Shown one piece after another: positions 1 through 7,204 of a DNA stretch of 64,000 bases. The stretch comes from a virus. Its lineage: Duplodnaviria; Heunggongvirae; Uroviricota; Caudoviricetes. The first letter of the stretch is position 1; each line of letters begins with the position of its first letter. Below the pieces are notes generated by a model, which saw only the letters and a program-made list of their open reading frames with translations, was not told where the DNA came from and did no database searches. The stretch is taken from the IMG/VR virus record IMGVR_UViG_3300037418_003161, positions 108,420 to 172,419 of that record; one strand, written 5' to 3'. The position numbers and the translations under genes were made by a program.

Positions 1-227
1 TACATAAGTTCTACCCGCTGTTTAAAATCGTCAAGGTGGCTAATTGCATCCGATAGCATATCTTCCATGTGCGACTTATGTCTTTCGATAATAGCAGCCA
101 GTTCTTTTTTGGAGGTTGCCTTTTCTATTTCCGAAACGTCCAAGAAGTCACCACCGTAGAAGTCTCGGTAGGCTTTCATTTTCTCTTTAATTTCCTCTAT
201 CGTCAACTGTTGGGTTGTTAGTTCCAT
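1..227 (-). CDS. hypothetical protein (75 aa; stop codon cut by window edge)
   Basis: Manual translation from ATG 227: MELTTQQLTIEEIKEKMKAYRDFYGGDFLD...RVELM; not in ORF track. Confidence 0.6.
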   Translation of the reverse strand, partial: MELTTQQLTIEEIKEKMKAYRDFYGGDFLDVSEIEKATSKKELAAIIERHKSHMEDMLSDAISHLDDFKQRVELM

Positions 228-259
228 AAACTGTTTTATTTTATTGATTAGTATTTTGA

Positions 260-1024
260 TTATTGAGGCTCACTAAACCCTTCTGCTTTTTGAATAGTTA
301 TTCCGCAAAGACTCATTTTGCGTTTAATCTTTTCTACTATTTCAAGTGCATCCTGAACAGGTATTTCTCTTGGAAGTGCGTGTAAAATCATTCCCTCAAA
401 TGCTCCCAGTAATCTCTGATTAATCGGCAAGGCGTTTGGGCTGACTCCCCGCTCCCCTTCCTCTTTTCCTCCACGGCTGGCTAACTGCTGTTTAAGTTGC
501 TCGATTTCTTTTTCTAATGGCTGTACCCGCTTTTGCTCATAAAACTTAATCACATCATAGACAGGGTAATCCCCGAATTGCTCTTGCCACACATCGTAAG
601 CAGATTGTTCTTCTACATCTGTTTCGGGGATAGCTTGCGGGGCTTCCCGAAAATCTTGTGGACGCTCCAACATATAAAGCAGCGTATTCACACATTGTTC
701 AAACATTTGCGCCTCGACATTGATGCCTAATGCCCTCATACGCTCTATCTGATGGTTGTATTCTGTTCGTAGATAGGTCAGAGAATAATTGTCTTCTCTT
801 ACTAATTGTTCATAACCGGGAACCACTAAGGGCTTTTTAGTTAAATGACCGTACTTGGTTTGCGGGGAGGCAGCGGCGGCTTTTTGAAGAATCTCTTTAG
901 ACAATAGCAGGCCCTCTATAATACCTAATCTCCTGTTTTTAAAATCGTCGGCTTGTGCCTTTTTATATTTTTCCATTTCCTTATCAATTTCTTCGGCTAA
1001 CTGTTGGATTGCTTTAGTGTCCAT
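260..1024 (-). CDS. hypothetical protein
   Basis: 254 aa ORF, co-oriented with neighbours, coiled-coil segment (LEKEIEQLKQQL). Confidence 0.6.
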   Translation of the reverse strand: MDTKAIQQLAEEIDKEMEKYKKAQADDFKNRRLGIIEGLLLSKEILQKAAAASPQTKYGHLTKKPLVVPGYEQLVREDNYSLTYLRTEYNHQIERMRALGINVEAQMFEQCVNTLLYMLERPQDFREAPQAIPETDVEEQSAYDVWQEQFGDYPVYDVIKFYEQKRVQPLEKEIEQLKQQLASRGGKEEGERGVSPNALPINQRLLGAFEGMILHALPREIPVQDALEIVEKIKRKMSLCGITIQKAEGFSEPQ

Positions 1025-1045
1025 TGTGTTTGCTTTTTAAGGTTA

Positions 1046-1234
1046 TTAACAAGATTCATCACATTTGCCTGTTACTCGGCAATAATTTGAACAATAGCCT
1101 GTCTCATTAGGATAATACTCTACACAATCATTGCATACATCTAAATCAGGGTCACACCGTTTTGTTATCGGCAATCCTTTCTTACAATCATCACAGGTAA
1201 AAGTTTCTACTGTGTGAGTTGGTTTATTGTCCAT
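1046..1234 (-). CDS. small Cys-rich (putative Zn-binding) protein
   Basis: CDDC, CNDC, CSNYC and C-x3-C motifs in 62 aa. Confidence 0.55.
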   Translation of the reverse strand: MDNKPTHTVETFTCDDCKKGLPITKRCDPDLDVCNDCVEYYPNETGYCSNYCRVTGKCDESC

Positions 1235-1237
1235 TGT

Positions 1238-1573
1238 TTAAGTTTTGTTCGTATGCCATTTAATGAAGTCAACGACTGCCAACCATACGGCTTCGATAAG
1301 TGTAGGGGCTGTATGTACTGAGTTTGCATTGAACCGTACCATATAATTACCTTCCTCGTTCCGCATTCCAAACGTTCGGGGCCAAGCGTAATCCTGATAC
1401 GGTTCACTTCCTATCCAGCTATCATCAGTAAACTGAATGGTTGAAATCTTTTCTACTACGGGCATAAGCCAATTCCAGCTTATTTTATACATATACTGCA
1501 AACCACCTTTGTATTCCATAAATTCAGCGATTAGTTGGTTGCCTACTATCCGCTCAATTTCTTCTTTGGTCAT
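1238..1573 (-). CDS. phage ABA-sandwich-like protein, paralog 1
   Basis: SWNWLMPVVEKI and IEAVWLAVVDFIKW motifs shared with next ORF. Confidence 0.6.
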   Translation of the reverse strand: MTKEEIERIVGNQLIAEFMEYKGGLQYMYKISWNWLMPVVEKISTIQFTDDSWIGSEPYQDYAWPRTFGMRNEEGNYMVRFNANSVHTAPTLIEAVWLAVVDFIKWHTNKT

Positions 1574-2016
1574 AACAAACTTGTTTGAGTTTGGTTAAAC
1601 CATTTGATAAAGTCCACAACGGCCAGCCATACAGCCTCAATTTTAGATTTGCTTTGGGTTCGTATGTAATGCCATGTGCTATTAAACCCATCTGAATTGG
1701 TGCAGATACTGATAAACACACGACATTCTCTATCTGGATAACGACGAGTCCATTTGATTTCAAAAACGTCAACTGTGAAAAAAGGCTTGTCTTTTTCGTA
1801 GTTATACATACTTTCTATCTTTTCCACTACGGGCATAAGCCAATCCCAAGAGGTATGATAAGCCGTTTTATATTCAGGGCAAACTGCGCCATTGGGGAAC
1901 TGCCAGTAATAAATATTTACATGACTTATGTTGCCTGTTGGGATTAGTTTACCGCCCATAAAGGCGGCTATCAGTCGGTCGCCTTCTTCTATCTGCTCGA
2001 TTTGTTCTTTGGTCAT
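1570..2016 (-). CDS. phage ABA-sandwich-like protein, paralog 2
   Basis: SWDWLMPVVEKI and IEAVWLAVVDFIKW; ATGA overlaps with both neighbours. Confidence 0.6.
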   Translation of the reverse strand: MTKEQIEQIEEGDRLIAAFMGGKLIPTGNISHVNIYYWQFPNGAVCPEYKTAYHTSWDWLMPVVEKIESMYNYEKDKPFFTVDVFEIKWTRRYPDRECRVFISICTNSDGFNSTWHYIRTQSKSKIEAVWLAVVDFIKWFNQTQTSLL

Positions 2017-2195
2017 AGCTGCTTAGGTTTTAGGATTTGTAGTAATTCGTCATACCGCTTTCTTTCTTCAGGGGTCAGGCTGTCAATGTGCTTCATACAT
2101 AACACCCCTAATTCCTGTTTGAGTTCAAACTGCGGGTCTTGCTTTAGTTTGTTAAGCAATCTTTCAAAATCCCTTTCTGTTGGTTCTTTGGTCAT
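2013..2195 (-). CDS. hypothetical protein
   Basis: 60 aa, same ATGACCAAAGAA start as the two downstream genes. Confidence 0.5.
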   Translation of the reverse strand: MTKEPTERDFERLLNKLKQDPQFELKQELGVLCMKHIDSLTPEERKRYDELLQILKPKQL

Positions 2196-2214
2196 AACAT
2201 AAACTATTTAAAAG

Positions 2215-2454
2215 TTAATCTTCAAAAAAGGAGTCAGGGATAAATTGATTTTTAAATTTTTGATAAACCAAACTTATATGCATAGCCTTAAGTGCAGTGT
2301 TGTATGCTGCAATGGCCGCAAGGCCATGCTTAAGGGACTTGGTGGTTTCGAACTCTGTTAAAAGTTCGTCTCCCACTTTTTGTACTTGCTTGCGGATATC
2401 AGTTAATGTTTTAGTCTGTATCGGTACTATTACCTTGTTGTGTTCTTTTGACAT
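2215..2454 (-). CDS. hypothetical protein
   Basis: 79 aa ORF in operon. Confidence 0.55.
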   Translation of the reverse strand: MSKEHNKVIVPIQTKTLTDIRKQVQKVGDELLTEFETTKSLKHGLAAIAAYNTALKAMHISLVYQKFKNQFIPDSFFED

Positions 2455-2920
2455 CTCTTCTAATTTTTAAACTTTTACGTTGAAGGTCAATCAACTCCTG
2501 CGGAATGTCTTGACCCTTTAAATCAGGAAACTTTTGCCGTATAAGCCTACGAATATATTTGTCGGATAATCTTTCTTTACCCTTATTATATTTGATGATT
2601 TCTTTTTTCTTTTTGGTCTTCCCTTTACACTCATCACATCTTGTCGCTACGCCCCTCGGAATTTCTTTTCCGCATCCCCGGCAATGCCATATTGGTTTGG
2701 TTTGTGAGTATATCCATATTTCTTTATGAACTTTGCGGTTATTGGCTTGAGCCATTTTTTGCATTTCTTCAGTGGGATATTTGTAGACACATTCAATTTT
2801 CTCCGGGTGCATACAATCAATACATTTAGCCCTTCGTCTTGTACCCTGAACTATTTCAAAACGGGTAATAGGCTGTTCATACCCACAACTTACACAAATC
2901 TTATGAAGTACCTCTGTCAT
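2411..2920 (-). CDS. Zn-finger DNA-binding protein (homing-endonuclease-associated type)
   Basis: CxxC pairs (CVSC/CIDC, CRGC/CDEC), basic C-terminus; ATG 5 nt after TATCTTTG. Confidence 0.55.
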   Translation of the reverse strand: MTEVLHKICVSCGYEQPITRFEIVQGTRRRAKCIDCMHPEKIECVYKYPTEEMQKMAQANNRKVHKEIWIYSQTKPIWHCRGCGKEIPRGVATRCDECKGKTKKKKEIIKYNKGKERLSDKYIRRLIRQKFPDLKGQDIPQELIDLQRKSLKIRRDVKRTQQGNSTDTD

Positions 2921-2925
2921 TAAAA

Positions 2926-2933
2926 CAAAGATA
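2926..2933 (-). promoter_or_regulatory. Bacteroidota-type sigma70 -7 box TATCTTTG (exemplar of a recurrent early promoter)
   Basis: Same box on - strand at 5281, 8312, 9761, 11836, 29520, 39814, 43170, 43734, 47467, 55648, 60627, 63369 (start of CAAAGATA on +), variants at 5592 and 61437, and on + strand at 58726 and 61481; TTG about 20 nt upstream where checked; matches known TAnnTTTG consensus. Confidence 0.85.
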
Positions 2934-2950
2934 AAATAATTTATTGAAAT

Positions 2951-2980
2951 AAAAAAATCCTGAGCAGAGATGCTCAGGAT
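2951..2980 (-). terminator. intrinsic terminator after TerD-like gene
   Basis: ATCCTGAGCA-gaga-TGCTCAGGAT stem followed by U-tract on - strand. Confidence 0.8.
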
Positions 2981-3010
2981 GTACCAATGGATTGTCGTCC
3001 CTGCTAAGTG

Positions 3011-5161
3011 TTATTTCAAAAGCTCATTCAAATCTAATTGTTTGAACTTATTGTTTTCATTCAAGGGCTTGAACACGTAGGCTGTTACCTCTTTAGGTTC
3101 TTCCCCTTCCACAACTGGTTGCAATTCTGAAAAGTTAAGATTCTTATCATCATAACAAACCGGAATAACAACCTTGTTGTTTAGTTCTACCAATTCTTGG
3201 ATGGTCACATCTTGGAACAAGTCATGCACACTTGGGATGGTCGCCAAATATTCCACAATGCCCGGCATTAGCTCTACCAGTTTCTTTGCGTTTCTTACAG
3301 CCGAATTTACTTCAGCCTTCAGGTTGGCATCCATGTAAACAAGCTTTCTTTCTGCAATATCCACATAGGCGATGAACTTAGCGTAGTTATCATCCTTCAG
3401 AGGGAAGGCGATTTGGCTACGGCTTGGTTCAAACAGTTTACCCTTATTGGCATCTGTACCCCATTGTAGGGCTGCAAATACGTCCGTTGCATCCTTAAAT
3501 TTGATTTTGCTGTAACATAATACACTCCATACGGCGTAACGCACTCCTGCTCTTGCCAATTTATCCAAATACAGGTCAATTAATTGACATGCTTTACCAT
3601 CTGTGGTCTTGGAATTGGTTGGGTCGCCGGAGAACAGGGCCGCATCACCGAATTTAGGCTGATTCCATGCCACATCCCCAACACTTTCCCAATTCTGATT
3701 ATAGAAATTCCAACCATTGTCAAACCAGTTGTTACCAAAGGTTTTATTCTCCCAATAGCTTGCCGTTCTGATGAATTTAACATCATCGGGAATTGGAAAT
3801 ACAGTTCCACGACCATAGGCGGTTGAATCAGAAGCATTCAACTTAATATTGGTGGTTCTTTCATCTAAAAGAACAGGAACGTTCAATTTGGTCTGAACCT
3901 TTGTTTTGACTGTTATATTAATCATAGCAATTAAAGACAGCCTTATAGCTTCAGGAAACTTCTTACCGGAATTTTCAACCACCCTCACTTTTGTCCAGTT
4001 GCCCTTGGGTGGAAACAGTCTGTACTTACGGCTGTTGCACGTTTCAAGATATTTCTTCAGCTTCAGGAGTTGACCAACGGTCAATCTCTCTGCCACACTA
4101 CCAAATTCATTCAAAACCTCGCTACCGAAAAGAATTGACAATTGTTTAATTCTTCTCATAAATTCTCCGGGTCTCTTGGCCGCATATGTAACCGCCACGA
4201 CAGTATTGGATTTGATGAGCATATCCAATTTGCTGTTGAAGGAGTGTATATCATCCACATACAGCTTGCTTGCTGCCGTTACAGTTTTTGGGAATCTGTT
4301 TTTATAATCCCCGGCGTGTAGGTTGTGCATGAAACGCTTCCATACTTCCACATCTCTTGCCATATCTTCTTCAAGTGCCGTAGATTTCTCTAACAGACCC
4401 AAAAAGAAACGTCTTTCCTTCTTTTTAAAATTTCTGAACTTGGTTGGCTTGGTGGAGTTCAGGTCGCCATCGGACAGGACAATTGCCAAACGCAAAACGT
4501 CCGTAGCAGATTTCATGGTGATATCCGTTCCCTTTACCATCATATATTCCACCACCTTTACCAAATTCTCCTTGAAAGGAATGGCAGTAGCGGTAAGCTG
4601 AGGTTTCAGCGTATCAATCAACCAATACACCGTACCCAAGATGTGTCTGTTCCATCTTGTTGTTTGTTTTAACAAAGAATCCAAAATAGAAGACAAAGAG
4701 TTTTCGTTGGCAAGGTGAAGCACCTTCAGGGAATCTTTAGGGAAAATAGGCTCTCTGTCCTTAGCCTCAGTGGTGAACCATTCGTTGGGAAGGCCCACGT
4801 ACATCAGCACTTGGTTGAACCAATATTCAGCCTCGCTCATTTCCAATACTTCCTGTGGAAAGTTTTTGTAAACAACATATTCACCCATGTTGCGGTTGTC
4901 CCCGGTAATTTCCTTCAGGGCCGCATCAATGTTGTTCCACCACAATTGGATTGAGGTTCTGTCCAATGCGGTCAGGGTTTCTATAGAGGCTTTCGACAAA
5001 GTATAACCGTAATAAGCCAAATTGGTAAAAATTGTGGCAACAACGTCTTTGGAAGCCTGTCGCTTACCTGTTGCTTTGGGAATCTCAATGAGATTATTGC
5101 TAATAAGAATGACATCCTTAACTGTGCTTGTAGCAACATTGGTTTCCATAACGTGTTCCAT
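3011..5161 (-). CDS. large protein: helical N-terminal region plus C-terminal TerD-like domain
   Basis: 716 aa; FSGDPTN..G...QLIDLYL..L...GVRYAVWSVLCY resembles TerD; N-terminal SATDVLRL and RPGEFMRR motifs. Confidence 0.6.
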   Translation of the reverse strand: MEHVMETNVATSTVKDVILISNNLIEIPKATGKRQASKDVVATIFTNLAYYGYTLSKASIETLTALDRTSIQLWWNNIDAALKEITGDNRNMGEYVVYKNFPQEVLEMSEAEYWFNQVLMYVGLPNEWFTTEAKDREPIFPKDSLKVLHLANENSLSSILDSLLKQTTRWNRHILGTVYWLIDTLKPQLTATAIPFKENLVKVVEYMMVKGTDITMKSATDVLRLAIVLSDGDLNSTKPTKFRNFKKKERRFFLGLLEKSTALEEDMARDVEVWKRFMHNLHAGDYKNRFPKTVTAASKLYVDDIHSFNSKLDMLIKSNTVVAVTYAAKRPGEFMRRIKQLSILFGSEVLNEFGSVAERLTVGQLLKLKKYLETCNSRKYRLFPPKGNWTKVRVVENSGKKFPEAIRLSLIAMINITVKTKVQTKLNVPVLLDERTTNIKLNASDSTAYGRGTVFPIPDDVKFIRTASYWENKTFGNNWFDNGWNFYNQNWESVGDVAWNQPKFGDAALFSGDPTNSKTTDGKACQLIDLYLDKLARAGVRYAVWSVLCYSKIKFKDATDVFAALQWGTDANKGKLFEPSRSQIAFPLKDDNYAKFIAYVDIAERKLVYMDANLKAEVNSAVRNAKKLVELMPGIVEYLATIPSVHDLFQDVTIQELVELNNKVVIPVCYDDKNLNFSELQPVVEGEEPKEVTAYVFKPLNENNKFKQLDLNELLK

Positions 5162-5198
5162 AAATCGTGATTTTTAGCTTAGGTTATTCCAATAAAAA

Positions 5199-5269
5199 AG
5201 TGGGAAAGCAATTTGTCTGTTTTTAACTCCAATTGTTGATTTAGAAGGAAGACAAATTATAGCCCACTA
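5199..5269 (-). ncRNA. structured repeat unit D (last transcribed; 5' leader of TerD-like gene)
   Basis: UAGUGGG-CUAU-AAUUUGUCU-UCCUUCUAA..loop..-AGACAAAUU-GCUUU-CCCACU-UUUUU. Confidence 0.75.
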
Positions 5270-5280
5270 ATAATTTAAAA

Positions 5281-5311
5281 CAAAGATAATACAAGATTTT
5301 TACAATATCAA
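5281..5311 (-). promoter_or_regulatory. internal promoter P2 driving unit D and TerD-like gene
   Basis: TTG-N20-TATCTTTG. Confidence 0.75.
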
Positions 5312-5334
5312 GTACTTCTTAAATAATTTTTAAA

Positions 5335-5396
5335 AAGGGGAAGCAAGTTCACTACAGTTACAAATTGCTTTAGAAGGAAGCGAACTTATGGCCCTT
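5335..5396 (-). ncRNA. structured repeat unit C
   Basis: AAGGG-CCAU-AAGUUC-GCU-UCCUUCUAA..-GAACUU-GCUUC-CCCUU-UUU. Confidence 0.75.
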
Positions 5397-5403
5397 AAAA
5401 AAA

Positions 5404-5482
5404 TTGGGGGAAGCCGAAGGTCTGTTGCTTTTAATTTTCAAGTTTAAAATGATTAGAAGGAAGACCGAACGATAGCCCCAAA
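5404..5482 (-). ncRNA. structured repeat unit B
   Basis: UUGGGG-CUAU-CG-UUC-GGUCU-UCCUUCUAA..-AGACC-UU-CG-GCUUC-CCCCAA then U-tract. Confidence 0.75.
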
Positions 5483-5510
5483 TATGTTGAGAAAAGAACT
5501 TTCCAAAAAA

Positions 5511-5586
5511 TAGTGGGAAAGCCGAACCTCTAATTTTACGTTTTAAAAGTTGTTTTATTAGAAGGAAGACATTCGATGGCCCACTA
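5511..5586 (-). ncRNA. structured repeat unit A (first transcribed)
   Basis: UAGUGGG-CCAU-CGAAU-GUCU-UCCUUCUAA..-AGAG-GUUCG-GCUUU-CCCACUA-UUUUUU. Confidence 0.75.
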
Positions 5587-5591
5587 GAAAA

Positions 5592-5622
5592 CAAACATAA
5601 AAAAAGATTTTTAAATTGTCAA
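5592..5622 (-). promoter_or_regulatory. promoter P1 driving the repeat array
   Basis: TTG-N20-TATGTTTG ending 5 nt before unit A. Confidence 0.75.
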
Positions 5623-5643
5623 GTACTTTTCAAAAAATATTTT

Positions 5644-5946
5644 TCAAAGGTCAAATACATATTCGAATACATATAACCGATTAACACCAAATCCCTCCAA
5701 AAATTCGGTTTTCAGCCATTTGGCCGGGGGAAATCCAGATTGCATCTGTGGGTCACAATAAATCGTGTATAAATATTCATCATCTTCATCCACAATCTGA
5801 TAGAGTTGAAGGTCGGCTCTTGGAGTGGTGTAATAATCACCCTTCTTGGGTTTCCAGTAGCGTTGGCTGTAGTTGCCGGGCAACTGACCATAGAAATTGG
5901 TGGCAAGCACATGAAGTTTTTGGGTTTCCGTAAGTCCTGTATGCAT
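5644..5946 (-). CDS. hypothetical protein
   Basis: 100 aa ORF, ATG start, phage-like composition. Confidence 0.6.
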   Translation of the reverse strand: MHTGLTETQKLHVLATNFYGQLPGNYSQRYWKPKKGDYYTTPRADLQLYQIVDEDDEYLYTIYCDPQMQSGFPPAKWLKTEFLEGFGVNRLYVFEYVFDL

Positions 5947-5982
5947 GTAAAATAATAAACAAGCAAATGGTATTTGTAAAGT

Positions 5983-6516
5983 CTACAAAAGCCCAAGTGC
6001 CATCACCAGTTTGGCAATCACGATTTGGCTGCGGTTTCGAATGTCGTTTTCCCAAAACCGAAGCATTTGAATACCCCTTTCTTCACAAAGCTTATTCTTC
6101 TTATGGTCATTGACAATGGCTTTTCGCTGCAACTTATATTGGGGCTTTTTATATATCTCCGGGTTGCAATGATGGTAGTCCCCATCCACCTCAATGATGA
6201 TGTTTTGTTTGGGAATGTAAAAGTCAAAGAACTTTGTTCCAATTTGATACTGGCTTTGGTATTCAATACCCAAGGTGTCCAATATGCTCATGAAGTCTTT
6301 TTCCAGTTGGCTCATATTCTTTATCAGGTCTTCCCGAATTTGAGCCATGGACTTTCCTTTGACGGAAGCCTTTTTATTAACCGTCTTATTGGTTTTTATT
6401 CGGCTGACAGGTTTCTTTGTGGGGGATTTCCTGCCGTGAGCAATTTGCTTGTGTTTGCGGAGTCCTGCTAAGGTTTTATACGCCTTTTTGCATTGGGAGC
6501 ATCTATATGAATCCAT
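5983..6516 (-). CDS. C2H2 Zn-finger + Vsr/DUF559-type endonuclease
   Basis: YRCSQCKK..GLRKHKQIAH; FDFYIP..IIIEVDGDYHH..LRFWE; start moved to ATG 6516 just after ATATTTAT. Confidence 0.8.
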   Translation of the reverse strand: MDSYRCSQCKKAYKTLAGLRKHKQIAHGRKSPTKKPVSRIKTNKTVNKKASVKGKSMAQIREDLIKNMSQLEKDFMSILDTLGIEYQSQYQIGTKFFDFYIPKQNIIIEVDGDYHHCNPEIYKKPQYKLQRKAIVNDHKKNKLCEERGIQMLRFWENDIRNRSQIVIAKLVMALGLL

Positions 6517-6580
6517 ATAGATAAATATCTCACACCTACACAGTATTGGATTGGAATTACCTTGTTTTACCACCTGTTGA

Positions 6581-7150
6581 CTAAGCGAACAACCGTTTTC
6601 TCATATTACCAATGAAGATGTTGGCTATCGTGGAATAGTTATTGTTCAAATACGCTTCAAAAGATTGATAATAACTAAAACATTTATCACTTAAGTCCCT
6701 GTCTGTTTGAAATAATTGAAACCTTGTTTCGTTCAACAGCGTCATCATTAAACTGTGTGAAGTGCTTTTAATTTTATTGACAACCTCATTGGTGTTGTTT
6801 TCAAATTCTTCTTTGGAGGCCATTCGTTTAATGACCCACCCTTTGACTCCCGCTAATTTGTTTGCCGCAAGAGCATCAAAATCACGAATGAGGTTGTCAA
6901 AAAAAAGATTGAAGTTTTTCTTTTCATTTCGAATACCATCTATAAAAATCGGGAGCGATTTTTCGAACGCACCGTTAGCAACTCTTTTGATTTCATCCTG
7001 TGTAACTACAATTTTTGGAACGTCTTTGATTTCGGTAAGCAACTCATTAAGTGCTGTTTGAAAATTATTCCGCAACAGTTGTGTAAGTTGAGTGTCGGTT
7101 GTCGCCTCGGTAAGATACCGATGAAGGGTTTCTTTTATCAAGCTTCGCAT
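6581..7150 (-). CDS. hypothetical protein with capsid-targeting-like N-terminus
   Basis: MRSLIKETLHRYLTE; ATATTTAT at 7156-7163. Confidence 0.65.
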   Translation of the reverse strand: MRSLIKETLHRYLTEATTDTQLTQLLRNNFQTALNELLTEIKDVPKIVVTQDEIKRVANGAFEKSLPIFIDGIRNEKKNFNLFFDNLIRDFDALAANKLAGVKGWVIKRMASKEEFENNTNEVVNKIKSTSHSLMMTLLNETRFQLFQTDRDLSDKCFSYYQSFEAYLNNNYSTIANIFIGNMRKRLFA

Positions 7151-7177
7151 ATCAGATAAATATTCCCCTGAAAAAAG

Positions 7178-7200
7178 AAACCCCGGAATTTTCCGGGGTT
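7178..7200. terminator. CCCGGAAA-family palindrome / bidirectional terminator
   Basis: AAACCCCGGAATTTTCCGGGGTT. Confidence 0.75.
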
Positions 7201-7204
7201 GTTG

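Noticed and set aside
2992-3007. GTCGTCCCTGCTAAG as a fifth repeat unit
   Set aside because: Opposite strand, several mismatches to the core, and no flanking GGG/CCC stem
5199-5586. CRISPR array or TIGR-type guide array
   Set aside because: Repeats are not identical, the variable parts pair within each unit rather than acting as spacers, there are no box C/D motifs, and no cas or Nop-domain gene is in the window
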